This document shows positions 1-13,362 of a stretch of DNA of 64,000 bases, piece by piece. Location of the stretch: the sequence record PQ400055.1; one strand, 5' to 3'. A program made the translations under genes and the position numbers. Position 1 is the first letter of the stretch. Each line of letters opens with the position of its first letter. The stretch comes from a phage. The notes under the pieces were generated by a model. The model was not told the origin of the DNA. It did no database searches and was given only the letters and a program-made list of their open reading frames with translations.

Positions 1-1
1 A

Positions 2-649
2 CAGGACATGGAACAGATTGTAGGTGATCGCGAATCAGGTTTGACCGCTGGCGTTATTAAACTATCAAGTGATATCTATGGCGATGATGGTTCAGAAGAT
101 CCATTTACTCAGAAAGGCGTGATTAAAATCGTCAAAGAGCTACAAACATCTAACGGAAACAAAGTAGATGATGTACCTGATGACGGTTTCCATTATCTGC
201 GTAAGCGCGGAGAATGGGTGCAAGTTGCATATGCTGCTGGAGCATTTAAAAATACCGCAGATATTACGGTTGAACTGGACGAACAGGATGTTTATAAACA
301 GATTCCGCTTAACGACATGGCGGAAGAAGTTAATGCGCGTCAAATGGTGAAAAGTGAATCTGTTATTACCGTTCAGGACAAAGGTTTATTCCGTTGTGTA
401 TTCCGTTGTGCTGTACAAGCTCAACATAATGCAACATTCATTGTTGCGATTTTCAAAAATGGACAGATGGTACATGAAGCGAAAAATGGTCATTACGGCA
501 CAGACGAATTGATCAGCTATTCTACCAGTGCTTTCCTAAATATTGAAAAGGGCGATCAGATTAACATCCGTATTAAGGGTGTATCTGCCGAAGCAGTAGC
601 ACAGCCAGTACAAATTAAAGAGTTCCTCTTTGGGATTTCTCCGGTATAA
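2..649 (+). CDS. wac: fibritin (whisker/neck protein) C-terminal part; gene starts upstream of window
   Basis: Frame open to window edge. Foldon-like motif DGFHYLRKRGEWVQV resembles T4 fibritin foldon ([23 protein letters not shown], from memory), followed by about 135 aa extra C-terminal domain. Lies directly upstream of gp13 as in T4. Confidence 0.6.
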   Translation, partial: QDMEQIVGDRESGLTAGVIKLSSDIYGDDGSEDPFTQKGVIKIVKELQTSNGNKVDDVPDDGFHYLRKRGEWVQVAYAAGAFKNTADITVELDEQDVYKQIPLNDMAEEVNARQMVKSESVITVQDKGLFRCVFRCAVQAQHNATFIVAIFKNGQMVHEAKNGHYGTDELISYSTSAFLNIEKGDQINIRIKGVSAEAVAQPVQIKEFLFGISPV

Positions 650-656
650 GAAATTA

Positions 657-680
657 AAGGGGCGTTAAGCCCCTTTTTCG
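657..680 (+). terminator. rho-independent terminator-like hairpin after wac
   Basis: AGGGGCGTTAAGCCCCT stem-loop followed by TTTTT. Confidence 0.6.
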
Positions 681-695
681 TTTATAGGTGATATT

Positions 696-1628
696 ATGTC
701 AGGATATGTAACCAATAACCCAAGAGAATTAAAAGACGCTATTCTGCGTCGTTTAGGCGCACCAGTAATTAACGTAGAAGTAACAGAAGACCAGATTTAC
801 GATTGTATTCAGAGAGCACTAGAACTCTATGGGGAATATCATTTCGATGGTGTGAATAAAGGATATAAAGTATTTCGTGTTAGTGCAGAACAAGCGCAAC
901 ACGGGGTATTTGATTTAAGCGATTCTGGTGTATTTGCAGTAACTAAAATAATTCGAACAAACGTAGGTAGCGCGGCTACGATGGATGGTACTGCCGTTTA
1001 TCCGTGGTTCACCGACTTTCTGTTGGGTTTAGCGGGTGTAAATGGCGGTTTAGGATCTGGCTGTAGTAAATTTTATGGTCCAAATGCAATGGGTGGTGAT
1101 CTAGGATATTTCGAACAGCTTATGAGCTATCGAGCCACTATGCAAAATATGCTCAATCCGCTGCCAGATTATTGGTATAACAGCGCAAACGGACAACTTA
1201 AGATAACAGGAAACTTCCGAGAAGGTGATCTCATTGTTGTTGAATTATATGTTAAAAGCTATGTAGACGTTCCTGATATGATCGGCGCGGTTGCTGGTTA
1301 TGCTCATGCTGGAGGATGTTCTACCGCTGGCGGGATTAGCGCCGTTTATGATAATCCAACTGCTGGTTTAAGCGGGATTGTTGCTGGCATGGGACCGATC
1401 AGTGAGAACAAGCAGGGCGCATATAATAACCGTTGGGTTAAAGACATGGCAACCGCTTTCACTAAGGAGGTGTGGGGGTCTATCATGGCTAAACATCAAG
1501 GTCTGCAATTACCCGGCGGTGTCACTGTTGATGGTATCCGAATCATTGAAGAAGCACGCGCCGACATTGAGAAATTGCGACAAGAACTAGAATTATTAGA
1601 TCCTCCGTTCGGCATCCTCATGATTTGA
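696..1628 (+). CDS. 13: neck protein gp13
   Basis: 310 aa; N-terminus [44 protein letters not shown] matches T4 gp13 from memory; conserved position. Confidence 0.9.
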   Translation: MSGYVTNNPRELKDAILRRLGAPVINVEVTEDQIYDCIQRALELYGEYHFDGVNKGYKVFRVSAEQAQHGVFDLSDSGVFAVTKIIRTNVGSAATMDGTAVYPWFTDFLLGLAGVNGGLGSGCSKFYGPNAMGGDLGYFEQLMSYRATMQNMLNPLPDYWYNSANGQLKITGNFREGDLIVVELYVKSYVDVPDMIGAVAGYAHAGGCSTAGGISAVYDNPTAGLSGIVAGMGPISENKQGAYNNRWVKDMATAFTKEVWGSIMAKHQGLQLPGGVTVDGIRIIEEARADIEKLRQELELLDPPFGILMI

Positions 1629-1664
1629 TTTATTGGGGGAGTATTCCCCCATTTGGAGTAACAT

Positions 1665-2405
1665 ATGTTTAACAACACTCTTTTTGCTCGCATTGAATCG
1701 CAAAAGGATTATGAGAATACACGACAAACAGAGATTCTTAATCCTTATGTGAACTTTCACAAATATACAAATACTCAGACGTTAGCCGACGTTATGGTCG
1801 CCGAAGCTATTCAGATGCGAGGTGTAGAATTATATTACATCCCTCGTGAATTTGTCAAGCCAGATATGATCTTTGGTGAGGATGTTCAAAGCAAATTTAC
1901 TAAAGCATGGAAATTTGCGGCGTATATTAACTCATTTGATGGGTATGAAGGAGCGGGTAATTTCTTCTCTAGTTTCGGGTATCAAGCTAATGATGAATTA
2001 ACTTTTACGGTTAACCCCAACCTATTCAAACATCAAGTAGATGATCAAGAGCCAAAATCAGGTGACTTAATTTATATTCCGATGAGTAATGATTTATTTG
2101 AAATTAATTACGTTGAGCCATATCAGCCGTTTTTTCAGGCTGGCAAAAATGCCATGCGTAAAATTATTGCAGAGAAATTCGTGTATAGCGGTGAGGAATT
2201 GCGACCAGAATTACAACGCAATGAGGGAATTAATGTTGATGAGTTTGCGGATCTGGATCTTGCACCGATCACTAATCTGGACGGGTTAACAGATATCAAC
2301 CTAGATCAGTACAAAGAAGATAAGCAATTCAGAAGCGAAGGACAAGATTTTATTGATCCGTTTGATCCTATTAATGGCAAGGGTTCACCTTTCGCCGATT
2401 TTTGA
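1665..2405 (+). CDS. 14: neck protein gp14
   Basis: 246 aa ORF immediately after gp13; T4 gene order and size. Confidence 0.85.
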   Translation: MFNNTLFARIESQKDYENTRQTEILNPYVNFHKYTNTQTLADVMVAEAIQMRGVELYYIPREFVKPDMIFGEDVQSKFTKAWKFAAYINSFDGYEGAGNFFSSFGYQANDELTFTVNPNLFKHQVDDQEPKSGDLIYIPMSNDLFEINYVEPYQPFFQAGKNAMRKIIAEKFVYSGEELRPELQRNEGINVDEFADLDLAPITNLDGLTDINLDQYKEDKQFRSEGQDFIDPFDPINGKGSPFADF

Positions 2406-2431
2406 TAAATACTCATAAACAAGGGGGTCAA

Positions 2432-3265
2432 ATGTTCGGTTGGCACTATAATTCGTCAATTAGACGGTATATTGTATTGCTGGGTAATTTATTCTCCGGC
2501 GTACAAATTAAAAGGGTGCGTAGTGACGGTGAGCGGTTTATTAAAGTTCCTATCACCTACGCAAAGAAAGAAAAATTCATGATGAGTCTGGACAAATATA
2601 ACAATATCTCAAGTGAGGAAGACGTAGCAAAGGTAGAAACTATTTTACCGCGTATGTGTCTTTCTTTGATTGATATGACATACGCCCAGAACTTTAAAAC
2701 CAATATTGCAAATAAGACAGTACCAAAATATACGGCTGATGGAATCAGGAGCGTAACACAATATAATCCTGTACCATATAAGTTTACTTTCGAGTTAGGG
2801 ATTTATACGCGTAACGAAGATGATATGTTTCAAATAATTGAACAGATTCTTCCTTACTTCCAGCCTCATTTTAACTGTAAGATTAAAGAACTACACGGTA
2901 ATGATGTATGGATTGATCGAGATATTCAGGTCACAATTAGTTCTATTACTCCAGATGAACAGGTAGGCGAAGATAAGTTTTCTCGTCGTCGTCTTGAGTG
3001 GACCATTATGTTTGAGTTCATCGGGTTTATCTATCCTCCAGCCACCGACGTTAAGGGGGAAATTAGAACGATTTATCTTGATTTTCATGCTAATTCTCGT
3101 GAATTAAATCCTAGCGGTAATTTTGAATCTGTGGATCATGAAGTTGTTAAACGTGATGTTGAGCAAGAAGAATGGGACGGAACTATCAAAGAATCATATT
3201 CTAGTGATATTCCAATACCAGTTGCACCGACTCCACCGGGTCCACGTATTGTAAGAGAATTTTAA
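2432..3265 (+). CDS. 15: tail sheath stabilizer/completion protein gp15
   Basis: Start placed at MFGWHYNSS (T4 gp15 begins MFGYFYNSS); RBS AAGGGGG upstream; strong similarity through ILPYFQPHFN and DFHANTR motifs. Six-frame ORF 2402..3265 is N-extended. Confidence 0.88.
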   Translation: MFGWHYNSSIRRYIVLLGNLFSGVQIKRVRSDGERFIKVPITYAKKEKFMMSLDKYNNISSEEDVAKVETILPRMCLSLIDMTYAQNFKTNIANKTVPKYTADGIRSVTQYNPVPYKFTFELGIYTRNEDDMFQIIEQILPYFQPHFNCKIKELHGNDVWIDRDIQVTISSITPDEQVGEDKFSRRRLEWTIMFEFIGFIYPPATDVKGEIRTIYLDFHANSRELNPSGNFESVDHEVVKRDVEQEEWDGTIKESYSSDIPIPVAPTPPGPRIVREF

Positions 3266-3278
3266 GAGGTAATTTATT

Positions 3279-6887
<3,609 letters not shown>

Positions 6888-6918
6888 CGATAATGCATAA
6901 AAAGATGAGGAAATTCTA

Positions 6919-8922
6919 ATGACTCTATTATCACCGGGTTTCGAAACGAAAGAAACTACTCTCTCCACTACCATTGTGCAATCTGCGACTGGTCGCGCTG
7001 CACTGGTAGGTAAATTCCAATGGGGTCCAGCTTTCCAGATTATTCAAGTAACTAATGAAGTTGAATTAGTTAATAAATTTGGTCAGCCGGATAATAACAC
7101 CGCAGACTATTTCATGAGCGGGGCTAACTTCCTCCAGTATGGCAATGACCTGCGTGTTGTTCGTGTATTGAATAAAGAAAAAGCGAAAAACGCAACTGCC
7201 CTAGCTGGTAACATCGAGTTTGAAATCACAAACGAAGGTTCAAACTATGAAGTAGGCGATACCATCAAGATTAAACATAACCGTCAAGATATTGAAACGG
7301 CTGGTAAAGTAACTAAAGTTGATGGTGATGGTAAAGTTAAGGGCGTATTTATCCCAACTGGTAAAATTATCGCTCACGCTAAAGCAATCGGTGTATATCC
7401 AGAACTTGATGGCGGTTGGACGGCAGAGTTCACTTCTTCGTCAGGTAACGGTAGTGCGGCGCTGTCAGTAACTAAAATTGTTACTGATTCCGGTCTTCTG
7501 TTAACGGATCTGGAAACTTCCCGCGCCAATATCACAAATCAGACTTTCTTGACTAAACTCCAGAAGTATGATATGCCAGCGGTAAGCGCGATCTATGCTG
7601 GTGAGATTGGCAACTCGCTGGAAGTTGAAATTCTGGCACGTAGCGCGTTCAGTGGCGCGGTAGCACCTGAATTAACTATATATCCGTTCGGCGGAACTCG
7701 TGCCGCAGCACGCAACCTGATTCCATATGCACCGCAGAATGATAATCAATATGCATTTATTGTTCGTCGCGATGGTGTTGTGGTAGAATCCTATGTACTG
7801 TCTACTCTGAAAGGGGATAAAGACGTATACGGCAATTCTATCTACATGGACGACTTCTTTGCTCGTGGTTCTAGCCAGTACATCTATGCAACCGCTCAAG
7901 GGTGGGTAGATGGTTTCAGTGGTATTATCTCTCTTGCTGGTGGTGTTTCTGCTAACGAAGCAACGACTGCTGGTGTTGGTGCTGATCCGTTCATCGGTGC
8001 GATGATGCAAGGTTGGGATCTGTTTGCTGAACGAGAATCTATTCACGTAAACCTGTTGATCGCTGGTGCATGTGCTGGCGAAGGCGATGCGTTCTCTACC
8101 GTACAGAAACATGCTGTTTCCATCGGCGATGAGCGTCAGGATTGCTTAGTAATGGTTTCTCCGCCGCGTAGCACTGTTGTTAATATTCCGGTGACTACCG
8201 CAATTGATAACCTGATTGCATGGCGCGAAGGTTCAGGAAACTATAATGAAAACAACATGAACATTAATACCACTTACGCGGTTATTGATGGTAACTACAA
8301 ATATCAGTATGACAAATACAACGACGTAAACCGTTGGGTTCCGTTGGCTGCTGATATTGCTGGTTTGTGCGCTCGCACTGATGCTGTATCCCAGCCGTGG
8401 ATGAGTCCGGCAGGTTATAACCGTGGACAGATCATGAACGTGGTTAAACTGGCAATTGAGCCTCGCAAGGCGCACCGCGATCGTCTGTATCAGGCCGCAA
8501 TTAACCCGGTAATCGGTGCTGGTGGTGAAGGGTTTATCCTGATGGGTGATAAAACCGCTACGACTGTTCCTAGCCCGTTTGACCGCATTAACGTTCGTCG
8601 TCTGTTTAACATGCTGAAAAAGAATATCGGCGATTCAAGCAAATACAAACTGTTTGAAAACAATGATAACTTTACTCGCGCTTCCTTCCGTATGGAGGTT
8701 TCGCAATATCTCAGCACGATTCGCTCTCTGGGTGGCATTTATGACTTCCGAGTACAATGCGACACCACGAATAACACGCCGGATGTAATTGATCGTAACG
8801 AATTTGTTGCTAGTATGTTCATCAAACCAGCAAAATCGATCAACTATATCATGCTCAATTTCACTGCTGTTGCAACTGGTTCTGATTTTGACGAAATTAT
8901 CGGTCCAGCTAACCAGGCATAA
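6919..8922 (+). CDS. 18: tail sheath protein gp18
   Basis: 667 aa (T4 gp18 about 659 aa); position between terL and tail tube. Confidence 0.9.
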   Translation: MTLLSPGFETKETTLSTTIVQSATGRAALVGKFQWGPAFQIIQVTNEVELVNKFGQPDNNTADYFMSGANFLQYGNDLRVVRVLNKEKAKNATALAGNIEFEITNEGSNYEVGDTIKIKHNRQDIETAGKVTKVDGDGKVKGVFIPTGKIIAHAKAIGVYPELDGGWTAEFTSSSGNGSAALSVTKIVTDSGLLLTDLETSRANITNQTFLTKLQKYDMPAVSAIYAGEIGNSLEVEILARSAFSGAVAPELTIYPFGGTRAAARNLIPYAPQNDNQYAFIVRRDGVVVESYVLSTLKGDKDVYGNSIYMDDFFARGSSQYIYATAQGWVDGFSGIISLAGGVSANEATTAGVGADPFIGAMMQGWDLFAERESIHVNLLIAGACAGEGDAFSTVQKHAVSIGDERQDCLVMVSPPRSTVVNIPVTTAIDNLIAWREGSGNYNENNMNINTTYAVIDGNYKYQYDKYNDVNRWVPLAADIAGLCARTDAVSQPWMSPAGYNRGQIMNVVKLAIEPRKAHRDRLYQAAINPVIGAGGEGFILMGDKTATTVPSPFDRINVRRLFNMLKKNIGDSSKYKLFENNDNFTRASFRMEVSQYLSTIRSLGGIYDFRVQCDTTNNTPDVIDRNEFVASMFIKPAKSINYIMLNFTAVATGSDFDEIIGPANQA

Positions 8923-8955
8923 TCAGTAAATTAGCATAGATTAAAAGTTAAATCA

Positions 8956-8976
8956 AGCGGGGAGAAAATCCCCGCT
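8956..8976 (+). terminator. stem-loop after gp18 (weak terminator/RNA hairpin)
   Basis: AGCGGGGAGAAAATCCCCGCT hairpin; downstream T-run weak. Confidence 0.4.
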
Positions 8977-8995
8977 CTATTAAGGAATATCAATT

Positions 8996-9490
8996 ATGGC
9001 ACTCGATTTGAATGATATTACACGCGGTTTCGAGTCTGGCGATTTTGCTCGTCCTAACCTGTTTGAAGTTGAGATCCCGTATCTGGGGCAAAACTTTAAG
9101 CTGATGTGTAAGGCTGCGACTGTCCCGGCTGCTACCGTAGAAAAAATTGCTATAGGCTATCAAAACCGTAAAATTAACATCGCTGGCGACCGTGTATACG
9201 ACGACTGGACCATCACTGTATTCAACGATGACGCACACAAGATCCGTGATGCTATCGTTGCATGGAGCGATCAGACACACGGAACTGGTTCGGCGATCAC
9301 GGGTGCAACTCCTGCACAATATAAGAAACAAGCTATTGTTCGTCAACTTAACCGTAACACCGAATCAACTAGCGAAAAAACATTGTACGGTATTTTCCCG
9401 ACCAACGTTGGTGAAGTAACCCTCGATTGGGAACAAAACAACGAAGTTGAAACGTTTGAAGTTACTTTTGCTATCGATTGGGTAGAATAA
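8996..9490 (+). CDS. 19: tail tube protein gp19
   Basis: 164 aa (T4 gp19 163 aa); conserved position. Confidence 0.9.
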   Translation: MALDLNDITRGFESGDFARPNLFEVEIPYLGQNFKLMCKAATVPAATVEKIAIGYQNRKINIAGDRVYDDWTITVFNDDAHKIRDAIVAWSDQTHGTGSAITGATPAQYKKQAIVRQLNRNTESTSEKTLYGIFPTNVGEVTLDWEQNNEVETFEVTFAIDWVE

Positions 9491-9502
9491 ATATATTATC
9501 AT

Positions 9503-9521
9503 GCGGGGAGAAGTTCCCCGC
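9503..9521 (+). terminator. stem-loop after gp19 (weak terminator/RNA hairpin)
   Basis: GCGGGGAGAAGTTCCCCGC hairpin, same family as hairpin after gp18. Confidence 0.4.
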
Positions 9522-9548
9522 CTAATTTCTCCCAATTCGAGGTGAATA

Positions 9549-11114
9549 ATGTTTAGTAGATTAAAAATGCTTGCGCGTTGGGCTGATTTTGACAACGACA
9601 AATACGAAGAACAAATTAAAGATAAAGCAGAGTCTATCGCCGCACCTAAAAACAATGATGGTGCTACGGAAGTAGAAATTAATGATAATTTACCTGCTAG
9701 CGCGTGGAACTCTCTTACCCAGCAATTTTACAGCACCGACCAGAAAATCAGCACAACTAAGCAATTAGTTAACACATATCGCGGTTTGATGAATAACCAT
9801 GAAGTCGAAAACGCTGTACAAAATATCGTTAACGATGCGATTGTATTTGAAGAAGGTCATGAAGTTGTTTCATTAAATCTTGAGGCGACTGGCTTTAGTG
9901 AATCTGTAAAAGAGCGCATTCATGAAGAATTTAAAGATCTTTTAAACACTATCCAGTTTGATAGGCGCGGTCAGGATATGTTCCGTCGCTGGTATGTCGA
10001 TTCGCGTATTTTCTTCCATAAAATCATCGGCAAAAATCCAAAAGATGGTATCGTAGAATTACGCCAGCTTGACCCACGTAATCTTGAATATGTTCGCGAG
10101 ATCATTACAGAAGACACACCGGAAGGTAAAATTTATAAAGCAACGAAAGAATATTTCATTTACACTGTAGGCAATAGCTCTTATTGCGCAGGTGGTCAAG
10201 TATTCTCTCCTAATAGTCGCGTTAAAATCCCGCGTAGTGCTATTACATACGCTCACAGCGGCTTGATGGATTGCGATGATAAATATATCATTGGTTATTT
10301 GCATCGGGCTGTTAAGCCAGCAAACCAGCTTAAATTGTTGGAAGACGCAATGGTCGTTTATCGTATCACGCGTGCACCGGAACGCCGAGTGTTCTTTATT
10401 GATACCGGAAACATGAACAACCGCAAGGCTGCACAGCACATGAACTCAGTGGCACAGTCTTTTAAAAACCGCGTTGTTTATGATGCATCGACTGGTAAAC
10501 TTAAAAACCAGCAAGCAAATCTATCAATGACAGAGGACTACTGGTTACAGCGTCGAGATGGTAAAGCAATCACCGACGTTACTACTTTACCCGGTGCATC
10601 CGGTATGAGTGATATCGATGATATTCGCTACTTTAACCGTAAATTGTATGAAGCGTTGCGTGTACCATTGTCACGCAGTAATCTCTCCGATGCTAATATG
10701 GTGATCGGTGGTGACGGTTCAGAAATTACTCGCGATGAGTTGGAATTTTCGAAATTCATTAGAACTCTGCAATCACAGTTTTCGGAAGTATTGCGCGATC
10801 CTCTGAAATATAATCTGATTCTCAAAAATGTAATTACGGAAGACGATTGGGATCGTGAAATAAATAATATCAAGGTGGTTTTCCATCGGGACTCTTATTA
10901 TACAGAAGTTAAAGACGCGGAAATTTTAGAACGTCGAATCGGTCTAATCGAACGTATTACACCTTACATTGGTAAATATTTCTCTAACCAGACAGTGATG
11001 CGTGACATTCTGAAATATACCGATGACCAGATGGACACCGAGAAGAAACAGATCGAAGAAGAAGCGAACGATCCGCGCTTTAAACAAACTCCCGATGAAA
11101 TAGAGGATTTTTAA
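9549..11114 (+). CDS. 20: portal vertex protein gp20
   Basis: 521 aa (T4 gp20 524 aa); gene order. Confidence 0.9.
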   Translation: MFSRLKMLARWADFDNDKYEEQIKDKAESIAAPKNNDGATEVEINDNLPASAWNSLTQQFYSTDQKISTTKQLVNTYRGLMNNHEVENAVQNIVNDAIVFEEGHEVVSLNLEATGFSESVKERIHEEFKDLLNTIQFDRRGQDMFRRWYVDSRIFFHKIIGKNPKDGIVELRQLDPRNLEYVREIITEDTPEGKIYKATKEYFIYTVGNSSYCAGGQVFSPNSRVKIPRSAITYAHSGLMDCDDKYIIGYLHRAVKPANQLKLLEDAMVVYRITRAPERRVFFIDTGNMNNRKAAQHMNSVAQSFKNRVVYDASTGKLKNQQANLSMTEDYWLQRRDGKAITDVTTLPGASGMSDIDDIRYFNRKLYEALRVPLSRSNLSDANMVIGGDGSEITRDELEFSKFIRTLQSQFSEVLRDPLKYNLILKNVITEDDWDREINNIKVVFHRDSYYTEVKDAEILERRIGLIERITPYIGKYFSNQTVMRDILKYTDDQMDTEKKQIEEEANDPRFKQTPDEIEDF

Positions 11115-11351
11115 ATGAAACAATTTATCGAAGCAATTAAAACTCGCGATCTAACGCTGATCGAAAAAGAATTTGATAAGATCATGGAGGCTAAAAAAGC
11201 CCAGATCATCGAATCTCAGCGTGTCGAAATCGCATCCAGTATCATGATCGAAGGTGAAGAAGAAAAAGACCGCGATGATGAAGATATGGAAGATGAGGAC
11301 GAAGACGAAGATCACAAAGACGATAAAAAAGACAAAGAAGACGACGAATAA
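11115..11351 (+). CDS. 67: prohead core protein gp67
   Basis: 78 aa with highly acidic C-terminal tail; position after gp20. Confidence 0.75.
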   Translation: MKQFIEAIKTRDLTLIEKEFDKIMEAKKAQIIESQRVEIASSIMIEGEEEKDRDDEDMEDEDEDEDHKDDKKDKEDDE

Positions 11352-11363
11352 TAGGAAGCCAAC

Positions 11364-11771
11364 ATGATTAAAGATTTTACTCCTAAAGCTGACTTAGAAA
11401 CTTTTCTGCCGGAAGCACAGGAAAAATTGGACATGTTGGCTATGTTTGAGTCAGAAGAACTATTGAAAATCGTTGAAGGTATCTCCGAGGATGAGCCGGA
11501 ACTGGCGGTAGCAATGCTGTCTATCATCGACGGAATTACTGTAAATGAAGCAATGGTTAAACATGTAAACGCACGCGGGGAAGTTGCACGTAAGAAAGAT
11601 CGCAAAACCCGTGAGCGCAATGCTTACATGACTACTGGCCTAAGCAAAGCTAAACGCCGTCAAATTGCCCGTCGTGCTGCAAAAACCAAACGTGCAAATC
11701 CATCTATCGAACGTCATGCGGAACGTAAGCGCAAAAAAGCAATGCGTAAACGTAAGGCGTTAGGATTATAA
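11364..11771 (+). CDS. 68: prohead core protein gp68
   Basis: 135 aa, basic C-terminus; position between gp67 and gp21. Confidence 0.75.
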   Translation: MIKDFTPKADLETFLPEAQEKLDMLAMFESEELLKIVEGISEDEPELAVAMLSIIDGITVNEAMVKHVNARGEVARKKDRKTRERNAYMTTGLSKAKRRQIARRAAKTKRANPSIERHAERKRKKAMRKRKALGL

Positions 11772-11782
11772 CAGGAAACAAC

Positions 11783-12478
11783 ATGGAAAAGAACGAATTA
11801 CTGATCGAACAATGGGGCGTTCCTTGTACTCGCGGTAGTTCGTCATTGCTTGAATCATTTGATGATAAGGCTACAGGAAATCTCTATATTCAAGGGATTT
11901 TCCTGCAAGCCGAAACGGTAAACCGCAATAAACGCTGGTATCCTCGCAGTGTTCTCGAAAATGCGGTTACTAAATACATACATGAACAAGTTGAGACACA
12001 TCAAGCTCTAGGCGAACTTAATCACCCAGCAAGAGCAATGCCAGATCCATCTAATGCTTGCATCATAATTGAAAAATTATGGTGGGAAGGTAATAACGTG
12101 ATGGGTAAAGCCCGTGTTATTGAAGGGGATAAAGGCGCAGGTGATAAACTTGCTGCACTGATTCGCGCTGGCTGGATTCCTGGCGTTTCCTCCCGTGGGT
12201 TGGGTCGGTTGAAAGACTCTGGTCGCGGATACAATATTGTACAGGAAGGTTTTGTGTTGACGGTTGGTGTTGATGTTGTATGGGGTCCAAGCGCACCAGA
12301 TGCGTGGGTAACTCCTGTGGTTGAGTCAACGGATAGCGATTCTAGCGCGTCAGACGCACCAGAAATCGATAAAACCGAAAAAGTGACTAACCCTACAGCC
12401 TCACAACAAAACATCGTAGAATCGAATAATAGCGCGTTTATGGCGCTCGCAGAAGCGTTATCTAAACGCTATAAATAA
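11783..12478 (+). CDS. 21: prohead core protease gp21
   Basis: 231 aa; conserved position before scaffold gp22. Confidence 0.85.
   Translation: MEKNELLIEQWGVPCTRGSSSLLESFDDKATGNLYIQGIFLQAETVNRNKRWYPRSVLENAVTKYIHEQVETHQALGELNHPARAMPDPSNACIIIEKLWWEGNNVMGKARVIEGDKGAGDKLAALIRAGWIPGVSSRGLGRLKDSGRGYNIVQEGFVLTVGVDVVWGPSAPDAWVTPVVESTDSDSSASDAPEIDKTEKVTNPTASQQNIVESNNSAFMALAEALSKRYK
12470..12477 (+). promoter_or_regulatory. late promoter motif TATAAATA upstream of gp22
   Basis: Exact TATAAATA about 33 nt upstream of gp22 ATG. Confidence 0.55.
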
Positions 12479-12509
12479 TAACGTCGTTATCAACAAGAAG
12501 GTTATAACC

Positions 12510-13304
12510 ATGCTTAAAGAAATGCTGCTCGAAGAAGCAAAACAGATCACCGTAGACGTTGCTCTCGATGACCTGTTTGAATCCGTCGAACTGTCGCCGG
12601 AAGTAAAAGAAAATTTTGGTACTATCTACGCTCAGGCGGTAAAAGCTAATGCTGTTGCTCTGGCAGAAAGCCACATTGAAAAAATCGCCGCTAAAGCCGA
12701 TGAACTGGTAGAATCAAAGGTCGAAGAAGCACGCACCGAGATTGAAACCAAACTGTACGAAGATGCAGATAAATTCCTGAATCACTTAGGCGCTAAATGG
12801 CTGGCAGAAAATAAAGAAGCCGTCACCCGTAATATTAAAGCGGATCTGTGCGAATCCCTGATTGGTTCTCTGAAAGATGTTTTCGTTACTCACAATGTTG
12901 TAGTACCGGAAGAATCTGTAGACGTTGTTGCTGAACTTGACGAAGCACTCAAAGAAGAAAAAGAAAAAACCTCTGAACTCTTTGATGCCAAACTGCAACT
13001 TGAAAGCGAAATTCGCGGCATGAAGCGCGAACAAGCGATCAATGAAAGCACTCGTGATCTTTCCGATACTCAGAAAGAAAAAGTAACCGCGCTGATTGAA
13101 GGTCTGGAATATAGCGAAACTTTCGATAAGAAATTAACTGCAATTGTCGAAATGGTTGCTAAGAAAGAAGACAAACCAGCGAAGATTGAAGAATCACTAA
13201 ATACTGATGCTGACAAGCTGAATGTTATTGCAGAAGCTGTCGAAGAATCAGAGAAAAAAGCAAATGTAGATTCCGGCGTATCTCGCTACCTGAATTTCAT
13301 CTAA
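12510..13304 (+). CDS. 22: prohead core scaffold protein gp22
   Basis: 264 aa, highly acidic, coiled-coil-like composition; position before gp23. Confidence 0.85.
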   Translation: MLKEMLLEEAKQITVDVALDDLFESVELSPEVKENFGTIYAQAVKANAVALAESHIEKIAAKADELVESKVEEARTEIETKLYEDADKFLNHLGAKWLAENKEAVTRNIKADLCESLIGSLKDVFVTHNVVVPEESVDVVAELDEALKEEKEKTSELFDAKLQLESEIRGMKREQAINESTRDLSDTQKEKVTALIEGLEYSETFDKKLTAIVEMVAKKEDKPAKIEESLNTDADKLNVIAEAVEESEKKANVDSGVSRYLNFI

Positions 13305-13321
13305 TGCAATTCAAATCTACT

Positions 13322-13329
13322 AATAAATA
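13322..13329 (+). promoter_or_regulatory. late-promoter-like motif (TAATAAATA) upstream of gp23
   Basis: Near-consensus (AATAAATA) about 34 nt upstream of gp23 ATG. Confidence 0.4.
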
Positions 13330-13362
13330 CTTTAGGTTAACAACAAACAAGGTTTAAAGAAC

